From the human T2T-CHM13v2.0 reference genome, Homo sapiens: a stretch of 64,000 bases of DNA. Positions 1 to 16,924 of the stretch are shown piece by piece (position 1 is the first letter of the stretch; every line of letters starts with the position of its first letter). The position numbers were made by a program, and so were the translations under genes. The notes beneath the pieces were generated by a model. That model ran no database searches. It saw only the letters and a program-made list of their open reading frames with translations, and was not told the origin of the DNA. The DNA is taken from assembly GCF_009914755.1 (NCBI RefSeq), contig NC_060938.1; one strand, 5' to 3'.

Positions 1-2789
1 TTTTTCCTTCTTGGTTTGCTCTCATTTTCTGCTTGGGAAAATATTGACGTGTGCCCCCTTCATGTGCTTCCCTCCATGTGCCCCCTCCCCATTCTTTTCT
101 CTCCTTTGCTCCTCTTTGTCGTGACAGCGATGGGGGCATATTAAAGTGATGCCTGCCCGAGAACCGCTGCTGCCTATATTCTTCCTGCACAGATTCTGTA
201 GCTGGCACTCTGTTCCCCGGGGATAGGACCTTGGTCCCCACTTAGAGAATCTCCCTAGCCCATGCCTAGTGGCCTTCATAGCAGCTTCTAAGATTCTTTG
301 GAAGGGTGACATCCTCCACCCAAGTCAGGCCCTCCAGACCCCCCAGTGTCACCCCTGTGTCCTCAGCCTCTGGAGCATCTTCCCTTCCTCTTCCTTCCTG
401 CTGCAGCTTTGTCAGATCATTTTCTAAAACACTTGCCCAATGGGAGAAGGAAGGGTTTCAGGTGCATATTTCCCTAAGTGACTTTTTGCTAAAAGGCAGC
501 CTGGGAGAATATTTATAATCCAAACGGTCCACAGAGATTGCCATCCCATGTGACCCTCATCACCTAAGGGTTCTCTCGGGTCTGAGATGGGGGGAAGTAG
601 AAGGCAGCCTGCAGTGCCCCCTCCCACACACTGCCTGCTCTTGCCTGGTCTCCAAAGAGTGCTGACGCCTGCCTTCTGAAAAAACAGAGTCTGTAAAGTG
701 ATATTTGCCCCTTTCTAATCACAGAAAAGTTGTCAGACTGGTTCTGAGCCTCCCAGAGGCATTGCTTTTTGCTGCACAATTTGATGTGTGTTATTGTGTT
801 TTAATCATGAAATTAGTGCATCCAGGATCATTAAAAATGATTTTCATAAGGAAATCTTTCAAAATTATTCTTGGTTGCTCAGTGTCTTACTTTAGTTCTG
901 TTATCCCTACTTGATAGTGTGTGTTTTTGTTATTTATTTGGTGTTGTGTAGATCAGAGAAGCATTTTTATTGGTAGTATCCTCATTTGCATCTCTTTATG
1001 TTTTTAAGACAATAAATGGCATTTTACTTCAAAACTCCCTCATATCCATGGACTTAGAAAGATACAGACTAGACTCATATTTCCTGTATTAAAATATTTG
1101 CACAAAAACACTGTACTTTCTGGCGTGTCAAACAAGCTAATGTGTCTCCTGAGAATTGTGTGTTCAGACATGAACAACTCCATGAACTTTTTTGTGTGTG
1201 AATCATTTGAGCTTTGAATGGGTTTCCTCATGGGGAGATATGATTGCATAAAATATTCGACTTCTACCTGAAATGTATCATGAGGTAGTCTTTCAACAAA
1301 GACTGTTAGTTCGACAATGGATAAGCAGTGTTTGAGAAAATAAACTCTGCATGGACAAAAAGCTTTCAGTTTCTTGCTTATATTCTGTCTTCTTGGGAGA
1401 CCAAAGAGCTCTCATGAACTCATGAAATTTGAACCTCAAAGATTCGTCTAATTGAGCTATTTCTGTTTCCACATTTTATTCCCAGTGGCCAGTTTCACAC
1501 CTATAACATTTAAGAGACTTGGAAAACCTGGGAGATATTTTCAGCCTGTCAGGACGCCTTTTTTTTTCCCCTCTTCCTTTGACTTTTAAAAAGGAGCTAT
1601 TCACTCTCACTCTAATTTTTGCACCAAGCAGCCCATCTCTTAGTTTTTTCAGATCCTCACAGGGGATTTAAATGATGAAATCCAATTCTCCATAAGCAAA
1701 GATATTTCTTAGGCTTTTAGAAGTGGAAGAGACTTGGAGGACATTCAGTCTTTCCCATTGAAACGGCTTCAACCCAGGAAAGGATCCAGGTAGAGGGAGA
1801 AGGAATCCCACAACACTGGGAGAGACTTCACACAGAAAGAAAAGATCATTTCCACCTTCAGACTCCAGACATCTTTCACCATCGACTCCTGACATCAAAG
1901 TGACAAGATGTGGGGGTGGGACCTAAAGGTTTGACTTTTGGTTTGGGTTTAAAATGAAGTGACAGTGTTTCCCTATAATCAAGTTCTTTAGCTTCTAGGT
2001 AGACTAAAGTGTCTTTCCTTTGAGACCATAGCTGAGATGAGCCCAGCACAATTTCCACTGCCTGCAACCCACAACCTCATCTTTGGCTCCTACCATTTGG
2101 CTTAAGGTCAACTTCTCTCTAACCCCTGCCCTCCTCCCTGGGAAGATTCTGTTGCCTGATCTTTCTTTTCCCACACTCCATTAGACAGCATGATATCTGC
2201 CTCTGCATTTATTTATTAGGACTCAGATCTGTAATATACAATGGTACCCTTCCTGTATGATGCTGTATCTGTATAACAGAGAGAATAAGAGGCTCTGCTT
2301 GCCATGGAACTGTCATGGCCAGAGGCTTGCAAAAGAGCTAACCCTCAGGAGGCCCCTCAGAGCCAAATGGCTTTCTCAAAACTTCACCCTCATGATCCAG
2401 CAGTCCAGACAGGCAGCCATAAACAGCACCTTGTGAGGGACTTCATTTGCAACTGGCAACCTTACACCCACATGTCTGGCCCTCATTTAGTATGCTAGCT
2501 ATATTTTTTAAAAATTAACATTTTGCCTAATAAGTCTCCTCTTTGTCATTGTTGCTCTCATTCAACATGTCCAAGCAGGCTACAGAGCCAGGGTGTATTT
2601 TTCTTTAAGCAGATAATACAGTCATATGTTTCATAACTCAAAATGACATTTTAACAGTGTGCACTGAGAAGTCTCGATCCCACCCCTGACCCTGGGCACC
2701 CAGTCCCACTCCCCTGTATGTAAGCACTTTTATAAGTTTCTTATCTATCCTTGCAGTGCATCTTTTTATTTTTACTTTTCCACCTGTTT

Positions 2790-3410
2790 TTTAATAAAAT
2801 TTTTTATTTTAGAATGTTTTTAGATTTACAGAAACACTGTAAAGACAGTAGAGAAAGTTCTTGTATGCCCTCATCCCATCTCCTCTATTGTTATTATCTT
2901 ATATGGTCATTGTGCATTTGTCACAACTAAGAAGGAAGCACTGACTAGTATGTTACTATTAACTCTGTGCTTTATTCATATTTCACTAGTTTTTCCATGG
3001 ATGTCCTTTTTCTGGTCTAGGACCCCATCTGAGATCATGCATTGGTTGTCTTGTCTTCTTTGGCTCCTTTTTGCTGTGACAGTTGCTCACATTTTGCCTG
3101 GTTTTGATGACCTTGACAGTCCTGAGGAGTGCTGTGTTGGGTGTTTCGAAGAATGTCCCTCCGTTGGGGTTTATCTGATGATTTTCTCATGATGAGACTG
3201 GGGTTATGGATTTGGTAGGGGAAACCACAGAGGTATATTGCTACTCCCATCACATCATATCCGGAGATCCATGTGTCCACATGACTTATTATCCTTGTTG
3301 TGAACCTTAATCACCTGGCTAACGTAGTGTCTGCCAGGTTTCTCCATCATGAAGCTACTTCCCCCACCCTCTCTTTTCATGTTCCACTCTTTGGAAGCAA
3401 GTTTCTGACA
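2790..3410 (-). mobile_element. Old L1M (L1MC-like) 3' fragment
   Basis: TTTTAGATTTACAGAAA.. antisense L1M 3' end pattern. Confidence 0.6.
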
Positions 3411-4298
3411 GCAGCTGCACTCAAGAGTGTCTACGGTGTTTCTTCATCTGTGTGTGGTAAATTGGCAGGGCCCTTAGGAGTGCCAAACCTATGCTAAGAC
3501 TGTTCCTCCAAGTGGTACTTTCCTAGCAGGATCTCACCTCTCAACAGGACTCACACATTGTCAGAAGAAGTTCATGCACTTCCCAGGTTACTGGGCTTTT
3601 GCTCTGTCATTTTAATTATGTCTCCTACCTAAGCCCTCTGTATCAAAAGCAGCTTTGGCCGGGGTGAGCACCATACCCTCTAGTCTACACTAGGACAATG
3701 CTCTCTCCATTAAGTTTCAGTGGCTTTGTGTTGGAATTTGTTTTGATCTGAGCCCTGAAAAAGAGTGTGTGGCTCACAGCATGGTTATTTGGATACATGC
3801 ACACAGGCTTAAAATTAAACATGTCTGTTTTTTAGTTCTAGCTCTGGAACTTTCTGTGGGGAAATAGAAATCTTTTAACCTATTTCTATGTTATCACGGA
3901 CTCCTGCACTGTAGGCTTGGGAAATTCATTTTGCCTCCCAGAGTTTCAGAGTTCCTTCCTGCCAAGGGGAGATGACAGTGTGAGGCCTGGGCTGCATATC
4001 CTCCTAAGCACTCTGTGCTGGACTGGATGGACCCAAGCAGGCAGCTCCCGATGGTAAAGGCGGTGTGCTGTGAAGACACTGAGCGCAGAACACCCACTCT
4101 GTCCTCTGTGAAGGGCTCACAGGCCACGCAGCATGGAGTGCATGGTAATACGCATAAGTTCTCCATGGTTCTGGGAGAAATAGCTCCACCCACATATGAG
4201 TAAGTGTCGTCTGCTCTGTTATTGCAGCAGTAACACCAAATTTCTTCCACTTTCAGTCAGTTTATAAAAATAAGAGAGAAAACAACCTATTCTGATGA

Positions 4299-4700
<402 letters not shown>

Positions 4701-5898
4701 TAGCACAGTCTTAACCGTAGGCAAATCATACCATGTTAAATTCTCAGTACTCACTCATTCTTTCAACCAGTAAGCATTTATTGGCCTCCACTCTGAGCCA
4801 GGCACTGTGTTAGTTATTCATCTTAAAGAGCATGAAAAATATTGTTCTAAGTGTCAGCACTACCTTCATGACTCATTAAAATCTTTTAAATACATTTATC
4901 CAGGACCAAAATATACATCTTCAAGCCAACGATTATATTATTCCTTGGCCACACCTTCCAGCAAGTCATCATTTCTCTAACACAAACTACCCTGGCCCCA
5001 GAGAAAGTCAAGAGAGGAAAGTATGTGTGGGATGTTGTGGGTCGATTACATTAAAAGAATGTGACAACTTGATGTGGGTTTGTGATATTTCAATTGGCTT
5101 ATACCAGGCGAGGGTGACAGATAGATTTATGTGGGGCAACTGTGTCCTGCTCCTTTTGCTTTCCTTAATCACAAAAATGTGGCAGAAAACTGGATGTTGT
5201 GGATAGACCATGGAATTATGTGGTTTCCACAAAGCATTGTATTTGGCAGTGGTTGGGAGACAATGGTCGTTCTCTAAAGATTCTGGGTTCTCTTAATCAT
5301 GAAGGCAAACATTTGAGCATTCAGTCATTCCTAACAAAGGCCTAAATATTATTATATCCAGGGCTTGTCTTGTCCTATGTGCTGAGTGAACCACTGGCTG
5401 ATGATAGAATAGGCTCCCCCACCCAAAAATATTCTACCCACCACCCCCTTCCACTTCCCATTACCACCATCATTCCTTGCCTTCCCTTCCCACTACCAAA
5501 TCTCTCTCAGATCTCCTTGGCTGCCACTCCTAGGCTTTTCACAGTGAAAGTCCTGGTGTACAATACATCTACTGAGATGGGCAATGCCTTGGTCCATTGT
5601 CGCCATTAACCACCTAAATTTGTTTATCAGATTAACTTAGCCACTTTGCAAGGCCCGGAGAGAATAAGAGGACAAGTGATTTATTGATTTTTGGTGGCAG
5701 AGAAGAAGAACCTAGAACAAAAGAATCTAAATAAATTGGCAGTATAGAACAGCAGTTAATCATGTGGTTCTCAAAGTCAGACTGCTTTCCTCGCTTACTC
5801 ACTCTGTCATCTCCAAGAAGTTTCTTAACTGTTTTTCCTGCATTGGTACAACAGGAATGACAATAATAAGAGTACCTGCCTCATAAGATTGCTGTTGT

Positions 5899-6206
5899 GG
5901 CTGGGCGCGGTGGCTCACGCCTGTAATCCCAGCCCTTTGGGAGGCCAAGGCAGGGGATCACGAGGTCAGGAGATCGGGACCATCCTGGCTAACACGGTGA
6001 AACCCCGTCTCTACTAAAAAATATAAAAAATTAGCCAGGCGTGGTGGCGAGCGCCCGTAGTCCCAGCGACTCGGGAGGCTGAGGCAGGAGAATGGCCTGA
6101 ACCTGGGAGGCAGAGCTTGTAGTGAGCAGAGATGCGCCACTGCACTCCAGCCTGGGCAAAAGAGCGAGACTCTGTCTCAAAAAATAGATAAATAAATAAA
6201 TAAATA
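5899..6206 (+). mobile_element. AluY inserted in a MIR
   Basis: GAGATCG..CCATCCTGGCTAACACGG diagnostic sequence; TSD AAGATTGC(T/A)GTTGT. Confidence 0.92.
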
Positions 6207-6273
6207 AAGATTGCAGTTGTGAGGGTTAAATGCGAACATTTTTATGTCCATGCATAGGAATGCCTGGCATATA

Positions 6274-6354
6274 TTAGGTTGGTGCAAAAGTAATCGCGGT
6301 TTTTGCCATTACTTTTAAATGGCAAAAACCGTGATTATTTTTGCAGCAACCTAA
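6274..6354. mobile_element. MADE1 (Hsmar1-derived MITE), palindromic
   Basis: TTAGGTTGGTGCAAAAGTAAT..TTTTGCAGCAACCTAA flanked by TA. Confidence 0.93.
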
Positions 6355-7350
6355 TAGTAAGTGCTTGATAAATATGCCGTCTTGAAGAGAGACCTGAGCA
6401 GCCAGATGTTAGCATGAGGGCCCTGGGGATTTTAATCATGTGCAGAGGGTAGAGAAACATTCCTGAGTAAAATATATTTGAAAACAAAGGCTCATAATCG
6501 TTTTGCTAGCAATTTGCTTCTACCCTAAGTGTGGCACCACAAACTTTTCTTAACCCTCCCTAAATACCTTCCAGGTTTCCATCAGTAATAAACAAAGGGA
6601 TTGTCTGCTCCAATTTCTGCAGGGAGTATCCATTTACATTGTCCCAAAGGAAGGAGGACTCTTGCATTTTCTGAGTCATGGGTCAAATGTTGTCAAGTTT
6701 TTCATTCATTATACAGTAGAGAAGAGGCTAGGATCATGTCCACCCTGGGTCACTATAGTAGCTTGGGTGAAAAGTAACTTGGCCATTGAATCCCGAGGAG
6801 AGAAGAAATGCTTGAGTCCAGTCATTTTTACAAATACAAGGACAGAAACAAGGTCGAAAGTTGAAGTGTAGAAGACAGAGAGAAAAGCAATTTTTAAAGT
6901 CTAGACAGCATATTAACAACAAGGGCTTAATGTGTTGCGCTCTGTTTATAGGAGCTTTTTGCTGACAGCACGGAACCTGAGCCCTCCTCCCTCCTCATAG
7001 CAAGTTCCCTTCTGCTGTGTCAATAGAAGCCACCTCTTCTCAATCCTTGGAGGATTGGCGATCAGAGTTTGTACTTGGTGTCCACAGAACAAAGGGAAAC
7101 AGAAAAAGGAAGCACATCTTGAGGACTTGCAATATTGGATAGAAGATGAATCTATCATACCAGTCTGATAGCAGCTCACAGTTGTATTTTAGCCTCCCAA
7201 GATTTTTTTTTCTAGTAACAAATGAAAGGATAGATGAATAAGAGTTCATCAAACCTTTTCTATATGTATTTTGCTTTCCTAAGGAAAGCAGTTCGGGAAA
7301 GAGTTTTTCTTTCCTTTTTAGTCATTTTTCTAAAGTTACAAAATGTGTCA

Positions 7351-7500
7351 GGTACCGTGGCTCATGCCGCTAATCCTAGCACTTTGGGAGGCCAAAGCAG
7401 GAGGATTGCTTGGGCCCAGTAGTTCAAGACCAGCCGGGGCAACATAGTGAGATCCTCTCCCTTTAAAAAAAATTTTTTTTAATATAAAAAATATATAAAT
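7351..7500 (+). mobile_element. FLAM / Alu left monomer
   Basis: Single Alu monomer with A-rich tail. Confidence 0.8.
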
Positions 7501-9948
7501 AAAATTATAAATGACTTTAATTAGAGTATTGGGGCAGTGGCTGGTGGGAATGTAATACATTTCACCTTTCTGGAAAGCAATTTGACAGTATGTAACAACA
7601 AGCCATCAAAATAGGCATATCCTCAACCCAGAAATTCCACTGGTAGGAATTTATACTATGGGGACAGTAGCATAAATATTTACATAAGAGAACATTCTCA
7701 TAGTATAATTTATAATAACTCCCCAAATGGAAATAATCTAAATACTCCAAAATAGGGGATGTGTTAAATAGAATACAGTGAGAGTGCCAAGCAGCCACTA
7801 AACACCTTCTTTAGAGAAGTTTTTCATAGCATTGATATACAAGGCAGTGTTTAAGATTCATTGAGGGTTGGTGGGCAGGCGCTAAGTATACTGTACAATG
7901 GGCTCCTGAACTTGGAGATAGATTGCAGGAAGGACTGACCTCTTGGGGTAAAAAAGGCAAGAAGGCTTTTAGCTGCCTGAATAAAATTCTGCCAACGAGA
8001 CCAAAGCTAGCTGTGGAATCTGCCTGCCATTGTTCACCTGAGGCACCTGAATGAATGAACAGATTTCTCATAATTTGTGCACTGAGCTCTGGTTACATAA
8101 GCCACTAGCTGTTTGTGTAAATGGCTGTTTTACCCTTTGCTGAATTGGAAGGAGCCTGTTTGATTAGAACAGCTTATATAACTGAAACCTGAGACCGAAG
8201 GGAAGATTTGGCGGGGACTGTTGATTGCATTGGAGGGTGGATTGGAAAGGAAACTTTTCCAGAGTGAGAGGCTCTTATTTTGAGGCACTGATGTGGAACA
8301 AATTGTCCCCGACACCCCACCTAACCACATTAACACACAGTGGGATCTAGCCCATCGATAGAAATGGGCTCTATTCCTTCTTCCAGGGGGAGAACAGGTC
8401 TGCTTCTTTCCAAGGATCAAGCCAGGTTAACACACATGTGCACAGAAGCCAGTCAGAATGCAATGTCGACGGCATGGGCTCCATCAACATTCCAACCCCC
8501 TCTGCTTTTTAAAGCTCAAAAACATTTTCATAAAGGTTTTTTGGGGTGGGATTTTATTTTTGTAAGAGTGGGTGTGTTTGTTGTCTTTTTTCCTCTTTAA
8601 AAACTTTTTTCCCCTTTTTTCCTTCCTGAATTTTAATGGGCCCTTAAGTAGGAGTCTGCTAGGATTTTAACATTCAGTGAAAAAAGGTACAGGATCTTCC
8701 TCTCTCCAAAGCAAGCCTGGAGTGCATTTTCCAGGCCTTTCTCCCACACCCACTCAGCTTAAACCTTAGAGGCTGTGTGGGTGCTGGCCAAAGCCTCCTG
8801 CTTCCAATGCATACGCTTCCTGTTTTGTCTTTCACCTCATTCGGACCCGGGGGTAGATTCAGTTCTCATCTTTAGACTCTGTTATTTCAGTTTTTGGTCT
8901 CGATGTCACTTAATCAGGAAAATTCTAATTCCTCAGGAGGGAGAATAAAGTCATGACTCTCTTCTTAGGTTTATATTAAAATCTCCTAGGAGCCCCTCAG
9001 CAAGTAGCCCAACTCCTTACCTTTGATTTTCCATCTGTAAAGGGAAAAACTGTAATGTGCATTTAGTCCTCAAATGCAATAATACCTGAAAGCCATTTGG
9101 GAGCAACTTAGGTCGTGTCTTATTCTCTGAAAAGGTGTAGATAATGTATCAGATCATTTAAATTGCATGCATCTTCAGATGTACAAATCAAATGTGTTTC
9201 CATCTATATGTATGACAGAAATGTTTACTCACAAACACACACATTACAGAGAAGCTGTATGCAAACTCTGACCACTGTCCCCCAACACATACAATGGTTT
9301 TCTGTGGGATCCCCTCTCACTTCAGCTACTTGCCAATCCCTGCCCTCACTAAGAAGGCCCCCTTCTAATTCAGAACTCTGCCCTCAGGAAGAATTTTGTT
9401 GTCCAAATTTCATACCAGAGGAGCTACAGTCTTGTTAAAATAGTCACAAAGGTGTGAATTACTTAGTATGGTTGATCCTGGAGAGGAGAGGTGCTTATTT
9501 CTTCTACCCCAGGGTGTCCTCTATTATAAGGTCCACCATCAATTTAATTTAGTAATAGCTTTGCCTTTCCTAGAGGAAGGGAAAACTACTACATTGATTA
9601 TATTCATTAACAGGGAGATACATTCCAAGTTCAAGGGCAGGAAAATGGACATTATCATTTGTTTACTGTGGTTAAGAAAGCGCAGACTCTGGAACAGATT
9701 GACTGGATGAGATCTCTCCAACACTGAACAGCTAGCTGTGTGACCTTGGGCAAGTGTCAACTTCTCTGTGCCTCATTTCTTCAACCGTAAAGCCAAGATA
9801 ATAGTATTTCTCTTACAAGGTTATTGCAAGGACTAAACAATTCAATACACACAGGGTTATTGCAAGGACTAAACAATTCAATATACAAAGTGCTTAGAAC
9901 AGTGCTTGGTAACTGATCAATACATTTAAGAATTGCTAATCCAGATGA

Positions 9949-10259
<311 letters not shown>

Positions 10260-10410
10260 TGAATCTTTATTTTTCTTATTACCGAAACTTGGCAGTGTGT
10301 GAAAAATATTTTTTTCTAATTCCAAACTAATCTGATGAAATGTAGAGATCTTCTCTCCCCTCCTCCTGCAAAATACAAATCTGTTTAGATGCACAAAATG
10401 GGTTCATGGG

Positions 10411-11580
<1,170 letters not shown>

Positions 11581-11781
11581 GTCCACCCCTACTCTTCAGA
11601 CACCGATCTCTTACATCAAAAGGATATAAAAACTCAAAAGATCCTGCCTTATTACCAGAAACCAATTCAATTATTAACAGTTGGTCCAGTCCACCATATG
11701 GTATGAATATGTCTCCCAGAGTGAGGCCACTCAGGTTTGCAGACTTCCATTTGATCTTATCAGGTTCCAAAAGCCAGAGTG

Positions 11782-12024
<243 letters not shown>

Positions 12025-12130
12025 TCAGCAAACATACAGTTTTACCCTTTAAGGATCTGATAGAATTGAGCTAAGAGACAATGTCATCTCTTTCTCTGAG
12101 CCTCTCTCAAGGAATTAATACAATATTGAA

Positions 12131-12490
12131 GGATACGGTTTGGCTGTGTCTCCACACAAACCTCATCTTGAATTGTAGTTCCCATAATCCTCATGTGTGG
12201 TGGGAGACACCTGCTGGGAAGTAATTTAATCATGAGGGTGGTTACCCTCATGCTGTTCTTATAATAGTGAGTTAGTTATCACGAGATCTGATGGTTTTAT
12301 AAGGGGCTTTTCCCCTTGAGCTTGACACTTCCCCTTGCTGCTGTCATGCCATGTAAAGTTTCACCATGATTGTAAGTTTCCTGAGGCCTCTCCAGCCATG
12401 CTGAACTGTGAGTCAATTAAGCCTCTTTCCTTTATAAATTACCCAGTCTCAGGTATGTCTTTTTTAGCAGCATGAGAATGGATGAATACA
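12131..12490 (+). mobile_element. THE1 (MaLR) solo LTR inside the provirus
   Basis: GATACGGTTTGGCTGTGTC..CTCATCTTGAATTGTAGTTCCCATAATCC..AATACA. Confidence 0.85.
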
Positions 12491-12609
12491 TTGGTTTTCC
12501 CTTATTCCATAACCCATTTATTTATTCTTTTACCCTCGGATACTATTTCTCTTTCTCTGCATTTATCATCGAACTTCTCCACCTTTGGAAGGTACACTGT
12601 CCTGGTCTA

Positions 12610-12780
12610 CACCACAGGTGTAGCACTGGCCTAGCAAATACCTCTCCCTCAATCCACTCCTATTTAGATAAGGTAATATTATGCAGGTGCAGAATTAGTG
12701 AGCTCTTTTTACCACTAGGCAATATAGCTGCATTCACTGTTAACCCCAATTTTGCCAGATGGGATGAAGACATAACCCAC
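12610..12780 (-). pseudogene. Degenerate dUTPase-like segment downstream of integrase
   Basis: Hand translation WVMSSSHLAKLGLTVNAAILPSGKKSSLILHLHNITLSK*EWIEGEVFARPVL; position matches ERV-L dUTPase; catalytic motifs are degenerate. Confidence 0.5.
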
Positions 12781-13099
12781 CCCTATTAGGTCTTTAGAAA
12801 TTTTGACATAAGGTTGAAAAACACAGTTACCATTTCTTGCTTAGGAACCATCCCTGTTTCCAGTACTTGTTATTACAGCCCTGGTCCTGTGACTACTGCA
12901 TTAGGTAAGGGGGGGAAATTGAGCTGATGTGGGGAAGAGATGAAAACAAAATATAGTCATTATACTAGTGTGCTGCTCCCTTGGTAAGAATTGCATAGTC
13001 ATCCCGGCATCCCTCCTTAACCAGTCATCCCCACCTCCACCAGAAAGCAGGGGAAACTCTAGGGGGGACAATCCTTTAGTCTTACTCATGTTGAGCATG

Positions 13100-14016
13100 A
13101 GCACACACTCATGAAGGTGTGCAAGCCAGCCCTTCCTGCATTTATCTCTCCCATCTTAGACAACCAATATTTTAATTGCATGTTCCACTTCTCTGTTAAA
13201 CTATTACTCTGAGAAGGATAACTCTCTGCCCATTGCTGTACAGTGTGTTCCTTGGTCTAAAGAAATGAAGGTCAGCTGTCCAAATTCATGCAATATCATC
13301 TGTTCTGGTTTTTTATAGCACTCTGAGCATTTGCATCTTCTACTGTGTAAGCAAAGCCAAATCCAGAGTCAGTATCTATTTCTGTCAAGACCCATTCGTA
13401 GCCCCTCAGGGCCATCAGCATCAGTCTCACTTGCCAGCTATGTTCAGGGCCATCCCATCAGGGAATCTGCCACATAGCCATAGGCAGTCTCTGTCTCTTT
13501 TGCTGACAAACAGAGCAGTTTTTATTGGCATTTTGTGTCCCAGAAGACGCTGGAGGAATATGTTTAGATTAGCTCATCTCTGCACTGCTGCATGACCCCC
13601 ATATCCACTCATGTTATGGACCCAAATGGCCCCCTTAAGCAAGCACATGGGGATATCTACTTGTTGATCCCAGACACCTTTAGAACCTGGAGGGAGTTCT
13701 TCTGATGGGCATTGAGATGCCTACCTTAAGGCACCCCTTAAATTTCCATAGTAATTTCCAAAGGACCATGCTCCATATGGGCATCCCTTTAATAGGCCAG
13801 GTTTCCATTGCCTTTGGTCACTGACTGTGAGTCAGTAGAAACCCAAACCTAGAGGCTTTTAGCCCTGTTCAATTCTTTCCATCACCGCTAGGCAAACAGC
13901 ATGCAATTCAGCTCACCATGCTAATTTGTTTTTACCTTCTTCAGTCAGAGAGTGGCATCATTCCCAACGGTATGTTATCCATTCACCGTGAAACTGCCAT
14001 CCACAAACCATAAGCC
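13100..14016 (-). pseudogene. RNase H and integrase remnants, frameshifted
   Basis: Hand translation gives GLWFVDGS, AELHAVCLA and VWVSTDS (RNase H), and GYEWVLTEIDTDSGFGFAY (integrase core). Confidence 0.75.
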
Positions 14017-14060
14017 CTAGTCTGTGTTTCATTTAGGACTATCAAACAAAGAATTTGCCC

Positions 14061-14290
14061 CTACCAGCGCTTGAGCTGTGCGGGCTCAGGCAATCTTACT
14101 AGTTCCCAATTAACCTGCCCAATTAATAGTGATTGAAGGGCAGATTTTCCCTTCTGTTTTACAGTACTAGGTATGGGAAACATTTCCCAGTCAGATACAA
14201 TGGCCATCTCCAAAATACAATCAGGCAAAAGAGATGCAACCACTTTACATAAAGCATGTTTAAATACACTAACCCTCCTATAAACTTTTA
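14061..14290 (-). pseudogene. Protease C-terminal half / protease-pol junction remnant
   Basis: VVASLLPDCILEMAIVSDW..NWELVRLPEP resembles the ERV-L VVISPVPECIIGIDILSSW..KWKPLELP pattern. Confidence 0.65.
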
Positions 14291-14827
14291 TCTTTGTTAA
14301 AAGAAAAACTTCAGACAAATTAAATTTAATAGTCTAATTGAGCAAAGAATGATTCACAAATCGGGCAGCCCCAGAATGAGATTAGGTTCAGATGACTCTG
14401 GGGCTGCCACATGGTCAGATAACATGTATGGACAGAAAAAAGAAAGTGACATACAGCAAACAGGAGTGTAAACTAAAAATAAAATTCTAAGCACCCCCAA
14501 CCAGCTGAATGGACCCTTCCTCTCAGCTAAGGATATTCCAAAGTTAAGTAGTTCAGGCCATGATGGGAAGCAGGGGTCAGACTTGCCTTGTGATACCCTC
14601 CTTTTTTTGGAATTCAGGCATAATTGACCAGCATTAATATTAAAACAGAGATCTTAAGACTTTGTAGCAATAAGACTCCAAATTCCGGTGGCTCACGCCT
14701 GTAACTCCCAGCACTTTGGAAGGCCGAGGCGGGCAGATGACGTGAGGTCAGGAGTTTGAGACCAGCCTGGCCAACATGGTGAAACCCTGTCTCTGCTAAA
14801 ACTACAAAAATTAGCTGGGCGTAGCGG

Positions 14828-15866
<1,039 letters not shown>

Positions 15867-16747
15867 CTAACTCTAGTATAGCATCACATGACAGATAGCA
15901 GGCCCTAAAAGAAATTGAAGTATTTTACCCTAAAATATATTTCTTTGACATATTTTGAAATGACCTTACAAAGCTGTCTCTTGTGAAAAAAATCTACATT
16001 CTGTAGAGAACTCCTTTCCCTTTCCAGGTCTTCATCCTGATCGAGGAGAGAATTAACTAAGAGTCTGACAGCTTTTTAAGTCTGACAAGAAACATTTACA
16101 ATCTATTCTCTCTGAATCCTGTTACCTGGAGGCTTCATCTGCATAATAAGAACTTTGGTCTCCACAACCCCTTATCTTAACCCAGACGCTCCTTTCTATG
16201 GATTCAGGGCTTTAGATAAACTCTTTCAATCAATCGTCAATCGGAAAATCTTTGAATCCACCTATGACCCAGAAACCTGGAACTTTCTCCCCCAACCCTT
16301 ACCTCCAGTTGTCCCCCTTTTCCTGACCAAACCAATGTACACCTTACATGTATTGATTGATGTCTTAGTGTCCTGTGTCTCCCTAAAATGTATAAAACCA
16401 AACTGTAACCCAACCATCTTGGGCACTTGCGGTCAGGCCTTCCTGAAGCATGTCCTTAACCTTGGCAAAATAAACTCCTAAACTGATTGAGACTTGTCTT
16501 AGATACTTTTTGGTTTACAGAGGTATAGAAACAACTGTATTGGTTACAGCTTGGCACTTGCCTTGTTTAAACAAGGCTTGAAGAGTTGGCTGCCTGTGAT
16601 TGGCTGAGATACAGCAACTTGTTGCAAAGTAGTAACAGTCTGTTTATACATCCAGTTAGGTTAGGGTTCACTATGTATGGAGAAACCTTTAGGCCAAACT
16701 TAAACTATGTAAGTAGGCAGCTTTAGACTAAATTAATTTAACATCTT

Positions 16748-16924
16748 AATTCTGTCAACTCTTACTTTCCTAACTATAGCCTCCATTAGGACTTTACAGA
16801 CAGGTTTTGAAATCACAGTACATTGGGTTCCTGTGTCAAGGAGCCCTGGAAATTCTCCACCCCTGACCATTTTACCCACTCTTGTGCAAAAGGCCTTTGG
16901 GTCCCTGACAGGAGATTGAGCCAA
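16748..16924 (-). pseudogene. Retroviral aspartic protease remnant, N-terminal half
   Basis: GLLDTGTQCTVI active-site motif; interrupted by the MER57 LTR. Confidence 0.8.
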
